DNA from: Candidatus Magasanikbacteria bacterium CG1_02_41_34
GTDB taxonomy: Bacteria > Patescibacteriota > Patescibacteriia > Magasanikbacterales > UBA922
Assembly: GCA_001871445.1 (NCBI GenBank)
Contig: MNVD01000011.1
Coordinates: 29,382 to 93,381 of the forward strand
Length of the DNA: 64,000 nucleotides
Direction: 5' to 3'
Below, piece after piece: positions 49,104-59,011 of this stretch. Below the pieces are notes generated by a model. It made no database searches. It saw only the letters and a list, made by a program, of their open reading frames with translations, and had not been told where the DNA came from. A program made the position numbers and the translations under genes. Positions within the stretch are counted from its first letter, which is position 1, and the number at the start of each line of letters is the position of its first letter.

Positions 49104-50021
49104 ATGTCAACCTATCTCATCACTGGGGGCGCAGGCTTCATTGGAACAAATCTTACAAAGCAGTTATTGGAAGAAGGGCATACTGTTCGCATTATTGATA
49201 ATTATGCAGGAGGTAAAAAGGAAGAACGTATACAAGAAGGAGCAGAATATATAGAAGGAGATATACGTGACTTTGATATGCTCCTTCGTGTAATGGATGG
49301 AGTGGATGGTGTGTTTCACATGGCAGCACTGCCACGAGTAACATTTTCTGTTGAACATCCTTTGGAAACGCATGATGTAAATGTAAATGGTACCCTCAAT
49401 GTCTTTTTGGCGGCAAGAGATGCTGGAGTAAAAAAAGTAGTGTTTTCTTCATCCTCTTCTACATACGGTGATCTCCCAAAAGAAATGTATCCTGTCAAAG
49501 AAGAGGGTGTTGTCAAAATGCCTCTTGCACCATATGCACTGCATAAGTTCATAGGAGAACAATATGCACGTATTTTTTCTTCATTGTATGGTCTCAAAAC
49601 AGTCTCTCTCGTGTATTTCAATGTGTATGGTCCTTATGCTGATCCAAATGGAGCCTATGCGCTCGTGATCGCAAAATTTCTTCAACAAGTAAAAAATGGT
49701 GAGCCGATGACTATTTGTGGTGATGGAGAATATTATCGTGACTACACACATGTATCTGATATTGTACGAGCAAATATTCTTGCCATGACATCAGATACTG
49801 TGGGGAAAGGAGAGACTATCAATATTGGAAATGACAATCCGCATTCAGTCAATGACATTGTGAAGCTTATTGGTGGAGATTCTGTGAATATTGATCCACG
49901 TCCAGGAGACGTTAGGTTTACACAAGCAAACATCACAAAAGCAAAGCAACTCCTTGGGTGGAAGCCTACTGTTGAATTAGTAGATGGGATTGCAGAATTA
50001 AAAAAAGAATGGGAAGTGTAA
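49104..50021 (+). CDS. NAD-dependent nucleotide-sugar epimerase/dehydratase
   Basis: ITGGAGFIG, SSSSTYG, YALHK, YFNVYGP, RDYTHVSD. Confidence 0.92.
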   Translation: MSTYLITGGAGFIGTNLTKQLLEEGHTVRIIDNYAGGKKEERIQEGAEYIEGDIRDFDMLLRVMDGVDGVFHMAALPRVTFSVEHPLETHDVNVNGTLNVFLAARDAGVKKVVFSSSSSTYGDLPKEMYPVKEEGVVKMPLAPYALHKFIGEQYARIFSSLYGLKTVSLVYFNVYGPYADPNGAYALVIAKFLQQVKNGEPMTICGDGEYYRDYTHVSDIVRANILAMTSDTVGKGETINIGNDNPHSVNDIVKLIGGDSVNIDPRPGDVRFTQANITKAKQLLGWKPTVELVDGIAELKKEWEV

Positions 50022-50042
50022 AAAATATGTTATGCCTATGTT

Positions 50043-50071
50043 AAAATATACACTTACGTGTATATTTTTTT
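50043..50071. terminator. Probable bidirectional terminator
   Basis: AAAATATACAC-ttac-GTGTATATTTTTTT between convergent units. Confidence 0.6.
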
Positions 50072-50074
50072 GGA

Positions 50075-50314
50075 TTATCCTATAAATATGGTTTTCAATT
50101 TCTTTTCTCTGTTTTTTAAGAATGTATTTTTCTTAATAAAGAAAAGAAGTAATTTTTGTTGAATAAACACAATAAAGACTGAAATACAAATTATAATTAT
50201 ATATTTTATAAAAATATAATCAAATTCTTTAAAATGTAAGAAAAGTGTGATAGGAATATGCCATAGATATATCCATAGTGTCGATGAGCCAATAAAATGG
50301 AAAATTTCGGTGTG
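50075..50314 (-). pseudogene. C-terminal remnant of an acyltransferase-3 (OafA-like) membrane protein
   Basis: Start-less 79-codon frame HTEIFHFIGSSTLWIYLWHIPITLF...KYIIIICISVFIVFIQQK...KTIFIG*; G..(S/T)..IYLWH is the AT3 C-terminal motif. Confidence 0.65.
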
Positions 50315-50339
50315 TCATATGTATGGGTGTGGTATTTAT

Positions 50340-51731
50340 TTACTGTCCCATCCCACGCATCACAACATTGACCGTTTTCAAGAGAATAGACAGATCGAGT
50401 AATATTGATCTGTTTTTTATATAATATAAATCGTACTGCAGTTTTTGCAGAGACTGTTCGAGTGTATCTGTATAGTGTTGATTAACTTGTGCCCAGCCGG
50501 TGATACCAGGTTTTACCAGGTGGCGAACTTGATAGTATGGCATTCTACTTTCTAATTGGCTCACAATCTCTGGCCGTTCTGGACGCGGTCCAATAATACT
50601 AATATCTCCTCTGATTAAATTAATCGCTTGTGGAAGTTCGTCAATGCGAGATTTTCTCAAAAATCTGCCAACATGAGTTACACGCGAATCATTTTTTGTG
50701 GCAAACTGTACTCCTTCGGTTTCTGCACTGCCGTCTGGTGCCAATGCATACATGGAACGAAATTTGAACAACTGAAAGGTCGTAGCTGACATTCCTACTC
50801 GTTCTTGACGAAAAATAACAGGGCCTTTTGATTCAATACGTATTGCAAGTGCAATGGCTGGGTAGAGGATAAAAAAACAAAGGAGCATTAACAGACCTAG
50901 TACAACATCAAACATTCTTCGGACACGACCGTAGACAGGATGGACACTTTGTTGCAAGTGATCCAAAAACCAATGTTCTGAAAAAATATACGGTGGGATG
51001 CGACCGGTGATAGATTCGTAGAGCGAGGCAAGGCTTAAAATATGCGTTTGCCAAAAGAGTAATTCATACAATTCTTGAACTATGGATGTATCATTCTTGA
51101 TATTGTGTGCCACCACTACTGTGTCAATTGTATGTACGGATACAGAGGGACGGATTGCTTTTAGAGATTCATAAAAAGTTGTATTTGGGTATTTGCTTTT
51201 ATCGATATCTTTTGGTCCTGCAATCCATGCTGCAAGTGCATAGCCACGTTCTGGCATGTCATAAATAAGATCTGCAAGTTCAGTCATTTCTTCCATATCT
51301 CCAATAAATAGAACTGGAGAGATCAGTGTTTTTGTTGCGACAAGCGAAGAAAAGATTATTCGCCAGATTGCTACAAAAGAATATCCAGCCATGATACTCA
51401 AGAGAAGTACTGTCTTTGGAGAAATAATTTTCTGTGGCAGGAGATAAAAGAACATGACGCCCATAATGATATTGACCACACTTGCTTGGAGCATACGCGA
51501 AAACAGGACCGAACGATGCTTGTGCCGTGCCAACTCATACAGGCCATTGATATAATTTATAACGACCCAGATGCCTATAAGAATGGCAAACAGTGGTAAA
51601 GTCGTCTCCAATTCATGTACTGAAGGAAGACGAAGATTTCGGAGTGACATGCCAGCAAGGACGCCCAAAAAAAGACAAAGGATATCTCCCAAGAGAAGAA
51701 TAAGTTGTTTTGCGCGATATCTACTATTCAT
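50340..51731 (-). CDS. Priming polyprenyl-phosphate glycosylphosphotransferase (WbaP/WcaJ family)
   Basis: N-terminal TMs; KFRSM, RIDELPQ, IIGPRPERP, KPGITGWAQVN, YDLYYIKN. Start at ATG 51731. Confidence 0.93.
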   Translation of the reverse strand: MNSRYRAKQLILLLGDILCLFLGVLAGMSLRNLRLPSVHELETTLPLFAILIGIWVVINYINGLYELARHKHRSVLFSRMLQASVVNIIMGVMFFYLLPQKIISPKTVLLLSIMAGYSFVAIWRIIFSSLVATKTLISPVLFIGDMEEMTELADLIYDMPERGYALAAWIAGPKDIDKSKYPNTTFYESLKAIRPSVSVHTIDTVVVAHNIKNDTSIVQELYELLFWQTHILSLASLYESITGRIPPYIFSEHWFLDHLQQSVHPVYGRVRRMFDVVLGLLMLLCFFILYPAIALAIRIESKGPVIFRQERVGMSATTFQLFKFRSMYALAPDGSAETEGVQFATKNDSRVTHVGRFLRKSRIDELPQAINLIRGDISIIGPRPERPEIVSQLESRMPYYQVRHLVKPGITGWAQVNQHYTDTLEQSLQKLQYDLYYIKNRSILLDLSILLKTVNVVMRGMGQ

Positions 51732-51746
51732 ATTGGTATGAAACAA

Positions 51747-51817
51747 TTGCTCCAGAAATGAAAATATAGTATACTGAAGAGTACATAAAGTATAGCTATA
51801 TGAAGCGAAAAAATCAA
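51747..51817. promoter_or_regulatory. Closely spaced divergent sigma70 promoters
   Basis: + TTGCTC-N17-TATACT (51747-51775); - TTGATT-N17-TATACT (51817-51789). Confidence 0.5.
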
Positions 51818-53329
51818 GCTTCACTTCTTGCCACAATTGGGTGTCTTTTGGTATCTGTGTTGTATATGACAGATACGCGTGCTGCAACAAAAGAAATTGT
51901 GATTAATGACGACGATACGCAGACGGCAAGTAGAGACGTGGTTTTGGAATTCAATGCACCGACAGGCGTTACTTTGATGCGTGTTTCTGAATCATATTCA
52001 CCTGCAGCAATATCATGGTCACCGTATCGAAAAAAGATTGCATGGACCCTGTCTCGAAATGAAGGGGCGAAGACGGTGTATGTACAGTTTCGGTATAGAG
52101 ATGGTAGTACTACTGAGATTTATAAAGATGCTATCGCTCTCGTTGCTTCTGATGATACTGATCCGCAAAAGGTTGTAATCAATGGCGGTGAAACATCTAC
52201 GAAATCACGAAAGGTTACCCTTTCTCTCACCTATAACAAAGATACAGAAGATATTTTTATTAGCAATACACGAGAGTTTGCTGCATTCAATAGGTATGAA
52301 CCAACCGCAAAGATCGAGTGGACATTGGCAACGGGTGGTGGAGAAAAAACAGTATATGTACAATTTATGAAAGCCAATGATGATTATCAAACCGTACAAG
52401 ATACCATTGACTACGAAGAACAACCAAATGAAATTCCCGGAGGCACTGTTGTACAATCTCCAGATTCGCAGATGTATTATCTTGGATTTGATGGACAAAT
52501 ACATCCGTTTTTACATGCCTCCGTGTTTCATTCTTGGTTTGACAGTATCTCTGATGCAAAGATACAGACCGTCACCAATGTTGAATTGAGACAATATCAA
52601 GTTGGCAAATCTGTCTGTATCCGTGGTGGTACATGGTTGGTCAAGTTTGGCAATTTGTCACAGATCTATGCCTCTGAACTTGGGTGTAGACTGGTTCCCT
52701 TATTGTCCGATGTTGAAGCACAATTGATATACGGAGAACAGTGGAGAAAACGTATTGTAGTACTCAGTGAAATTGAAATCGCAAACTATACGATCCTGGA
52801 TCGAGGTGTAGAAGACAAAGACAACAAAATTGTTGATAAAGATAAGGATGGTGTAGATGCTCTCACTGAAGATTTGTATGGAAGTAATGATCGATTGCCC
52901 GACAGCGATGGGGATGGACTTACTGATGTAGAAGAAATAGCGGTGTGGTTTACTGACCCTATCGACAGTGATACTGACAATGATGGTGTGCGAGACAAGG
53001 AACAGGTACTCACAGAGTTTCTCCCTTCGATCAAAGAAAAAAAAGAACGTATAGGCACGGGTATCTATCAGTATCCAGGTGGTCTCCTCATTCTTTCACA
53101 GGATGACGGCAAATATTATATGAGCCACGTCGATGGTTTTACCTATTACATGTCACGACGGACTTCTGACAATATATTTACATCAAATAATTTTGATACA
53201 ACGTTTATCGTACCATCATCATCGCAACTTTCATTTACTGTTCGCACTCGTTGGTATGTGGAAGCCAATGCTGATGTCCTCAAGTATCCTTCATTAATAA
53301 CAAAATTAGGAAATTTGTATGCACTATAA
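51800..53329 (+). CDS. Secreted surface protein with Ig-like repeats, S-layer-type domain and DxDxDG Ca-binding repeats
   Basis: Signal peptide; two IN....T.SR.V.L...G.KTVYVQF repeats; MYYLGFDG...VFHSWF...LIYGEQW domain; DKDKDG, DSDGDG, DTDNDG. Confidence 0.65.
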   Translation: MKRKNQASLLATIGCLLVSVLYMTDTRAATKEIVINDDDTQTASRDVVLEFNAPTGVTLMRVSESYSPAAISWSPYRKKIAWTLSRNEGAKTVYVQFRYRDGSTTEIYKDAIALVASDDTDPQKVVINGGETSTKSRKVTLSLTYNKDTEDIFISNTREFAAFNRYEPTAKIEWTLATGGGEKTVYVQFMKANDDYQTVQDTIDYEEQPNEIPGGTVVQSPDSQMYYLGFDGQIHPFLHASVFHSWFDSISDAKIQTVTNVELRQYQVGKSVCIRGGTWLVKFGNLSQIYASELGCRLVPLLSDVEAQLIYGEQWRKRIVVLSEIEIANYTILDRGVEDKDNKIVDKDKDGVDALTEDLYGSNDRLPDSDGDGLTDVEEIAVWFTDPIDSDTDNDGVRDKEQVLTEFLPSIKEKKERIGTGIYQYPGGLLILSQDDGKYYMSHVDGFTYYMSRRTSDNIFTSNNFDTTFIVPSSSQLSFTVRTRWYVEANADVLKYPSLITKLGNLYAL

Positions 53330-55304
53330 AAAAACTTTTTTGTTATACATCGGGGGTTTTTTGACGGTATTATGTTTGCCTATGTTTGTATACGCCGTAA
53401 ATGACCCTCTCTCACAACAGTGGGCGTTCAATGATACTGGTGTGTATACTGCGTGGGTAAAAACGCAAGGATCACGTGATGTAATTGTGGCAATTATTGA
53501 CAATGGGTTTGATATGCTGCATCCAGATCTTTTGGGAAATGCTTGGCAAAATACTGATGAAGTAGCAAATAACGGTATTGATGATGATAATAATGGGTAT
53601 GTCGATGATGTTTGGGGATGGAGTTTTATTCCAGAAGATGTCGATGGTAATGGTATATTCAGTGATCGAGAATTGCTTGGTACAAATAATCCACGCCCAC
53701 GCCCAGAAGGTCTGACTGATATCGAAAAGCAAGAAGGTATATTGCACCACGGTACCGTAGTAGCAGGTCTTATCGGTGCTGTAGGAAATAATGGCAAAGG
53801 GCTTTCCGGTGTCGCCCAACAAGTACGACTTATGAATGTCCGAGTGGTGGATGAATCAGGACAGGGGACATTCAATATGCTCGATGAAGCAATCCGGTAT
53901 GCAGTAGATAATGGTGCGTCTGTGATCAATATGAGTTTGGTGGGTCCTGGTAATGAAGATATCAAGTCAGCAATTGAGTATGCCTACAAAAAAGGTGTGG
54001 TCGTAATAGCCGCAGCAGGAAATAATCGTCAAGATTTGAATCTTTCACCTCTGTATCCACTCTGTGAAGATGTTGGACTTGCAGAACAACATATTCTTGG
54101 TGTGAGTTCTATTGACGAAGAACATCATATCAGCTCTTTTTCAAATCAAGGATATACGTGTATTGATATTACGGCGCCAGGAGATGACGTCACTTCAACT
54201 GTTAGATTTTCCCCAACAAATGGTTTGTTTGATCAATATCTGGGTGGTTGGCATGGGACATCTTTTGCTGCGCCACTTGTTAGCGGTGCGGCAGCGCTTA
54301 TCAAAGCAATTCAACCATCGTGGGGGCCAAAAGAAATTTATGAGGCATTGCTGTCTACTGTTCACCGTACGGCTGGACAGGATGATGCTGTATATCAAGA
54401 ACTTTTTGGTGCAGGGCTTTTGCAAGTAGACAAGGCTGTTGCCTACGCACTTGAACGAGTGACAGCAAATAAAGATTTTCGAGATATTTTGTTTGTCTCG
54501 GCTCAGACGGGGATATCTGACAACTCTACAGAAGGAAAACCCTCCACTGTCTATGCCAAGGCTCTGCAAGATATTGATGATGTCGCAAATTATGCGATTG
54601 ACGGACAGTCTGGCTTTATTACAGTACAAAAAAAAAGTAATACAGAGCGTTTGATTACCAGATACACAGGAGACTGGGAGTTTGTCGGTTCGTTTACCAT
54701 ATTAGCATCTGGTCCGTTGCATATTGCGTCATTTGATAATACCTTGTTTGTTTCGCCAGACTATCCAGACACCATTCTTTTTTCTGCATATTCATTCGCT
54801 GGCTCGTTGTTGTCGCAATACAATTTGCCACACAAGCATAGTGGTGTCTCCCTTGCTGTGTCTGATAGTGGAGTGCTATATACATATTCGGCGCAACCTA
54901 CGTTGACCGTACAGCATTTTGATGCGCCGTTTACACAGGAGACATCTCACTTTACCGTGCAGAGCTTGGTAAAGAGAGGAAGTATCGTTGCTGCAGATAT
55001 CGATGGGGATCATGTAGAAGAAATTGCTCTTGGTGGTGCAGTAGGAGATCGACCTCTCATGAGTTACTACGAACATGATGGAACGTACAAACGAACATTT
55101 AGTGCATATGATTCATATGTAGGTGGTTTTTCATTGAGATTTGTAGATTATGATCGTGATGGCAAAGATGGCATTATAACAATTCCTTTTAACAATAGTG
55201 AACCTGTGCGTATCTGGACAAACAAATCAAAAAAAATTGCAGAATGGCAAACATTTTCTTCATCTCGAATTGTTGATCAAATTGCAACGGTTCGATTTTT
55301 CTAA
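53319..55304 (+). CDS. Secreted S8 subtilisin-like serine protease with FG-GAP-like C-terminus
   Basis: VAIIDNG (Asp), HGTVVAG (His), AAAGN, GTSFAAP (Ser); ADIDGD and DYDRDG repeats. Confidence 0.92.
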   Translation: MHYKKTFLLYIGGFLTVLCLPMFVYAVNDPLSQQWAFNDTGVYTAWVKTQGSRDVIVAIIDNGFDMLHPDLLGNAWQNTDEVANNGIDDDNNGYVDDVWGWSFIPEDVDGNGIFSDRELLGTNNPRPRPEGLTDIEKQEGILHHGTVVAGLIGAVGNNGKGLSGVAQQVRLMNVRVVDESGQGTFNMLDEAIRYAVDNGASVINMSLVGPGNEDIKSAIEYAYKKGVVVIAAAGNNRQDLNLSPLYPLCEDVGLAEQHILGVSSIDEEHHISSFSNQGYTCIDITAPGDDVTSTVRFSPTNGLFDQYLGGWHGTSFAAPLVSGAAALIKAIQPSWGPKEIYEALLSTVHRTAGQDDAVYQELFGAGLLQVDKAVAYALERVTANKDFRDILFVSAQTGISDNSTEGKPSTVYAKALQDIDDVANYAIDGQSGFITVQKKSNTERLITRYTGDWEFVGSFTILASGPLHIASFDNTLFVSPDYPDTILFSAYSFAGSLLSQYNLPHKHSGVSLAVSDSGVLYTYSAQPTLTVQHFDAPFTQETSHFTVQSLVKRGSIVAADIDGDHVEEIALGGAVGDRPLMSYYEHDGTYKRTFSAYDSYVGGFSLRFVDYDRDGKDGIITIPFNNSEPVRIWTNKSKKIAEWQTFSSSRIVDQIATVRFF

Positions 55305-55313
55305 CCTGTCACT

Positions 55314-56342
55314 ATGAACGACAATCATCCTATCTTTGAGAAAAAAAATGTGCTTGTTACTGGTGGTGCTGGTTTTCTTGGAGCGCATCTGTGTGAGCGA
55401 CTCTTGAAAGAGGCAAAAGTCATTTGTGTGGATGACTTGTCAAATTCAACAATCCAAAACATTGATCATCTTTTGCAGTATCCTGATTTTGAATTTATCA
55501 AGTATGATGCAACCCATCATCTTGATCTCAGTGAATTTCCAGAACTTGATAAATTTGGCATCAAATTTCAGGGTATTCAGGAAGTTTATCATCTTGCATG
55601 TCCAACAAGCCCTAAAAATTTTCAGAATTTAAAATTGCATTCACTTCATGCAAATTCACGAGCCATGCTTTCAACACTTGATCTCGCAGTAAAATATAGA
55701 GCAAAATATTTGTTTACGTCTAGCTCCGTGGTATATGGAGCACCAGAAGCCAGAGAATTTTTTCATGAAGAAGATGAAGGTATTGTAAATCATCTTTCCC
55801 CACGCGCATGCTATGATGAAGGAAAACGATTTGCAGAGACCTGCGTAGAGACCTATCGACAAGTGCATGGCATCGATACCAAAATTGCTCGTGTGTTTAC
55901 TACGTATGGTCCGCGTATGAAATTGCGTGACGGACTTCTTATTCCTGATTTTATTTTGGATGCATTGGTGGGAAGAGATTTAGTTATTTATGGAAATGAA
56001 GATTTGGTACAGTCACTCTGTTATATTTCAGATATGGTTGATGGTCTTGTCCGTCTTATGCATGCTGGTCCAGAAGTTCCCATTGTCAATTTGGGTATTG
56101 ACGAGCCGATGAAGATGGTGGATGTTGCGAATAAGATTATTGCTATGACAGGATCGTTGTCACGAGTAAAATTTGAGGAACCACTCGAATTTCTGACAAA
56201 AAAAGGATTGCCAGATCTGACAAAGGCAAAAGAAGAGCTTGGTTGGATTCCTCTCGTGCGTCTGGATGAGGGGCTCCGAAAAACAATTGACTATACAATT
56301 GCAAATAAGGAAATGCTTGATTTGTCCCGCCAGCGGATGTAA
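55314..56342 (+). CDS. UDP-glucuronate decarboxylase (UDP-xylose synthase)-like SDR
   Basis: VTGGAGFLG.HLC..L, YHLACPTSP, RACYDEGKR, TYGPRM, SLCYISD. Confidence 0.88.
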   Translation: MNDNHPIFEKKNVLVTGGAGFLGAHLCERLLKEAKVICVDDLSNSTIQNIDHLLQYPDFEFIKYDATHHLDLSEFPELDKFGIKFQGIQEVYHLACPTSPKNFQNLKLHSLHANSRAMLSTLDLAVKYRAKYLFTSSSVVYGAPEAREFFHEEDEGIVNHLSPRACYDEGKRFAETCVETYRQVHGIDTKIARVFTTYGPRMKLRDGLLIPDFILDALVGRDLVIYGNEDLVQSLCYISDMVDGLVRLMHAGPEVPIVNLGIDEPMKMVDVANKIIAMTGSLSRVKFEEPLEFLTKKGLPDLTKAKEELGWIPLVRLDEGLRKTIDYTIANKEMLDLSRQRM

Positions 56343-56354
56343 GGTAGTGCCACT

Positions 56355-57020
56355 ATGTTTTTGGCTATTGTCCCGGCATACAATGAATCTGATCGCGTAG
56401 GATCCGTCGTCCGGAGTCTTCTTTCGTATGTGGATACCGTACTGGTCGTAGATGATGGATCAACTGATACTACTGCTAAGATCGCTAGACAGGCGGGTGC
56501 AACGGTACTTTCTCATAGGCTCAATAGGGGGCAGGGGGCTGCACTGGAAACAGGACATGCCTATGCAAGAAAGATAGGGGCAACACACGTCCTCCATTTT
56601 GATGCTGATGGACAATTTTCTGTCGGAGATATTATCCCTGCACGCGAGGCAATGAAACAAGCCAAGGCAGACGTAGTATTCGGTTCGCGATATGCAACAG
56701 AGAAACACAACCTACGTGTTCCATGGACAAAACGTGTTTTACTCCGTCCCATTGGAAAAATTGTTGATCGACTTTTTGGTGGTGTGCATTTGTCTGATGC
56801 ACACAATGGCTTTCGTATCCTTAATAAAAAAGCGTTAGAGTGTATTCATCTTTCCCACTCTGGTATGGCGCACGCAAGTGAAGTCCCTGCATTGGTAAAA
56901 AAATATGGTCTTAGATACATTGAAGTTCCTGTGTCAGTCACGTACCATGAATATGGACAGGGAGTTAGTGGTGGCATTCGTGTGGTGAGGGATTTAGTTT
57001 TAGGAAAATTTAGTAAGTAA
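56355..57020 (+). CDS. DPM1/PpgS-like polyprenyl-phosphate glycosyltransferase (GT2)
   Basis: VPAYNE, VDDGSTD, NRGQGAAL.TG, FDADGQ, DAHNGFR, MAHASE. Confidence 0.9.
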   Translation: MFLAIVPAYNESDRVGSVVRSLLSYVDTVLVVDDGSTDTTAKIARQAGATVLSHRLNRGQGAALETGHAYARKIGATHVLHFDADGQFSVGDIIPAREAMKQAKADVVFGSRYATEKHNLRVPWTKRVLLRPIGKIVDRLFGGVHLSDAHNGFRILNKKALECIHLSHSGMAHASEVPALVKKYGLRYIEVPVSVTYHEYGQGVSGGIRVVRDLVLGKFSK

Positions 57021-57040
57021 CGTATTAGTAATTTTTATAT

Positions 57041-57370
57041 ATGATCATCTTTCAATTTTTGTTTATTCTGTTTTCACTTTTTGCCATTATCACTGTCATA
57101 AAGCGAAAAAAAGATGCAGTCATGTCAAATGTAGGAACGACCTTTTGGATTATCTTTTGGATGTTGACAGATGTTGTAGTGTTGTTTCCGGATAGTACCA
57201 CACTCTTTGCAAATAGATTGGGTATTGGACGTGGATCAGACTTGATTACGTATGTGTCACTTGCGATCGTTTTTTTTGTTCTTTTTCGTCTACATGTAAA
57301 ACTTCATGAAATTGAGCGAGATATTACGAGCGTTGTGAGAAAAGATGCATTGAAAGATGTAGACGTATAA
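57041..57370 (+). CDS. DUF2304-family small membrane protein
   Basis: Three TMs with LGIGRGSDLITY and IT.VVR..AL; follows a DPM1-like GT2. Confidence 0.85.
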   Translation: MIIFQFLFILFSLFAIITVIKRKKDAVMSNVGTTFWIIFWMLTDVVVLFPDSTTLFANRLGIGRGSDLITYVSLAIVFFVLFRLHVKLHEIERDITSVVRKDALKDVDV

Positions 57371-57371
57371 T

Positions 57372-57734
57372 ATGGGTATTCAAGTAGAATTCAATCCAGA
57401 CCTCGCCTTGCGACATATCAATGAATTTGAAGCTGGAAGACGAAAGGAAGCCGAGTGTATACCAGCTACGTTACAAGAAGGAGAAGCATATCTTTTTCTG
57501 AAACAGGGACAACGAAATTATTGGCTTGAAGGAGAAATTCCACTTTTGGAAACAAAAGGAAATGGGGAACTTTCTCTTCCACTTGCCAGTATTCAAATAG
57601 AAGAGGCCACGCATATCATGAAGGACAGTATACTTTGGACACATGGAACATATCGAGTAAAGGAAGTATTTTATGATAAAGATGTACATTTCAATGGTTT
57701 TACAAAAGTACATTCTTCTGCATCCCAAACCTAG
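57372..57734 (+). CDS. Hypothetical protein
   Basis: 120-aa ORF tightly packed in the operon (MGIQVEFNPDLALR..., FLKQGQRNYWL). Confidence 0.7.
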   Translation: MGIQVEFNPDLALRHINEFEAGRRKEAECIPATLQEGEAYLFLKQGQRNYWLEGEIPLLETKGNGELSLPLASIQIEEATHIMKDSILWTHGTYRVKEVFYDKDVHFNGFTKVHSSASQT

Positions 57735-57761
57735 AATCTAGAATTAAGAATTTCTTCATTT

Positions 57762-58937
57762 ATGAAAATTGCGCACATCGTTTGTTCGTATCCTCCCTAC
57801 TATGGCGGCATGGGCAATGTTGTGTTACAGACAGTACAAGAACTTGGAAAGCGAGGACATGAGGTCGAAGTATTGACGCCTCTGTATAAAACAAAGCCAG
57901 GGATTGCCCCAGAAAATTTTGAAGAACCTGTAAAAGCACAGGTGGACTATGCCAGAAGAATGACTCCTCATATTCAGTATGGGAATGCTGCCCATATTCC
58001 TGAGATAACAGATGAACTTGATACATTTGATCTTGTGCATTTGCATTATCCATTTTTTGGAACAGCAAATCTTGTTCGAAAATGGAAGCTTCGCAATCCT
58101 CACAAGCCATTGGTTATTACGTATCATATGGATTCACGTGCACCAGGGTGGAAAGGATTATTTTTTAAATATTACAATGCATTTTGGATGCCGCGCATTT
58201 TGGGGAGTGCGGATATAGTAATTGGAAGTTCTTTTGACTATATCGAAGCAAGCGATGCTGCGCCAATGTTTCATGCCTCGAGAGACAGGTGGCGTGAGCT
58301 TCCGTTTGGTGTGGATGTGGATAGATTTCAGCCAAGAGATAAGCCGATGGATTTGTTTCAAGAAGCCGGATTTGATCCTGCTATCCCTACTATTCTTTTT
58401 GTAGGTGGTATGGACCAAGCGCATTATTTCAAAGGCGTGGATGTTCTTCTTAAGGCTCTTCTGAGGCTTAAAAAGAACGATTATAGCGTACAAGCATTCT
58501 TTGTGGGGGATGGAGACTTGAGAGCTCGATATGAAGCTCAGGCGAAAGGATATGGTCTCCAGGAGAGAGTCAAATTCCTTGGGTATGTAGAAGATGCATT
58601 GTTACCCATTGCATACAATGCTGCAGATTTGTTTGTGTTATCTTCTACGACACGTGGTGAAGCGTTTGGTATGGTCCTTCTCGAAGCTTTGGCGAGTGGG
58701 GTTCCTGTGGTCGCGAGCGATCTTGCTGGTGTACGGAGTGTTGCAGAAGATGCAGGGATGGTGTTTCCTCCGGGAGATGATTTTGCACTTGCTGAAGTTA
58801 TTGCAGGGTATATTGCGGATCCTCAGAATAAGGAAGATTTTTCGGCCGTGGCTCGTCATGTTGCTCTTGATCTGTATGCGTGGCCACACATTATTGATCA
58901 ACTTGAAGCACTGTACACGGAGCTTGTAGAAGGATAG
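57762..58937 (+). CDS. Glycosyltransferase family 4
   Basis: YPPYYGG, HLHYP, KGVDVLL, EAFGMVLLEALASGVPVV. Confidence 0.92.
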   Translation: MKIAHIVCSYPPYYGGMGNVVLQTVQELGKRGHEVEVLTPLYKTKPGIAPENFEEPVKAQVDYARRMTPHIQYGNAAHIPEITDELDTFDLVHLHYPFFGTANLVRKWKLRNPHKPLVITYHMDSRAPGWKGLFFKYYNAFWMPRILGSADIVIGSSFDYIEASDAAPMFHASRDRWRELPFGVDVDRFQPRDKPMDLFQEAGFDPAIPTILFVGGMDQAHYFKGVDVLLKALLRLKKNDYSVQAFFVGDGDLRARYEAQAKGYGLQERVKFLGYVEDALLPIAYNAADLFVLSSTTRGEAFGMVLLEALASGVPVVASDLAGVRSVAEDAGMVFPPGDDFALAEVIAGYIADPQNKEDFSAVARHVALDLYAWPHIIDQLEALYTELVEG

Positions 58938-59011
58938 TGTAAATTGCTATACTACGCGTATCTTTTCATCTACTACACTATTCAACTTTTTAACTCTTTA
59001 ATCTTAACTAT

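Noticed and set aside
50022-50339. AT-rich gap as a replication origin/DUE
   Set aside because: No DnaA boxes are present; the gap is explained by a terminator and an acyltransferase remnant.
57731-57752. Short TAGAATC-like tandem repeat
   Set aside because: Only about three degenerate 7-mers with no spacers; not a CRISPR or an informative repeat.
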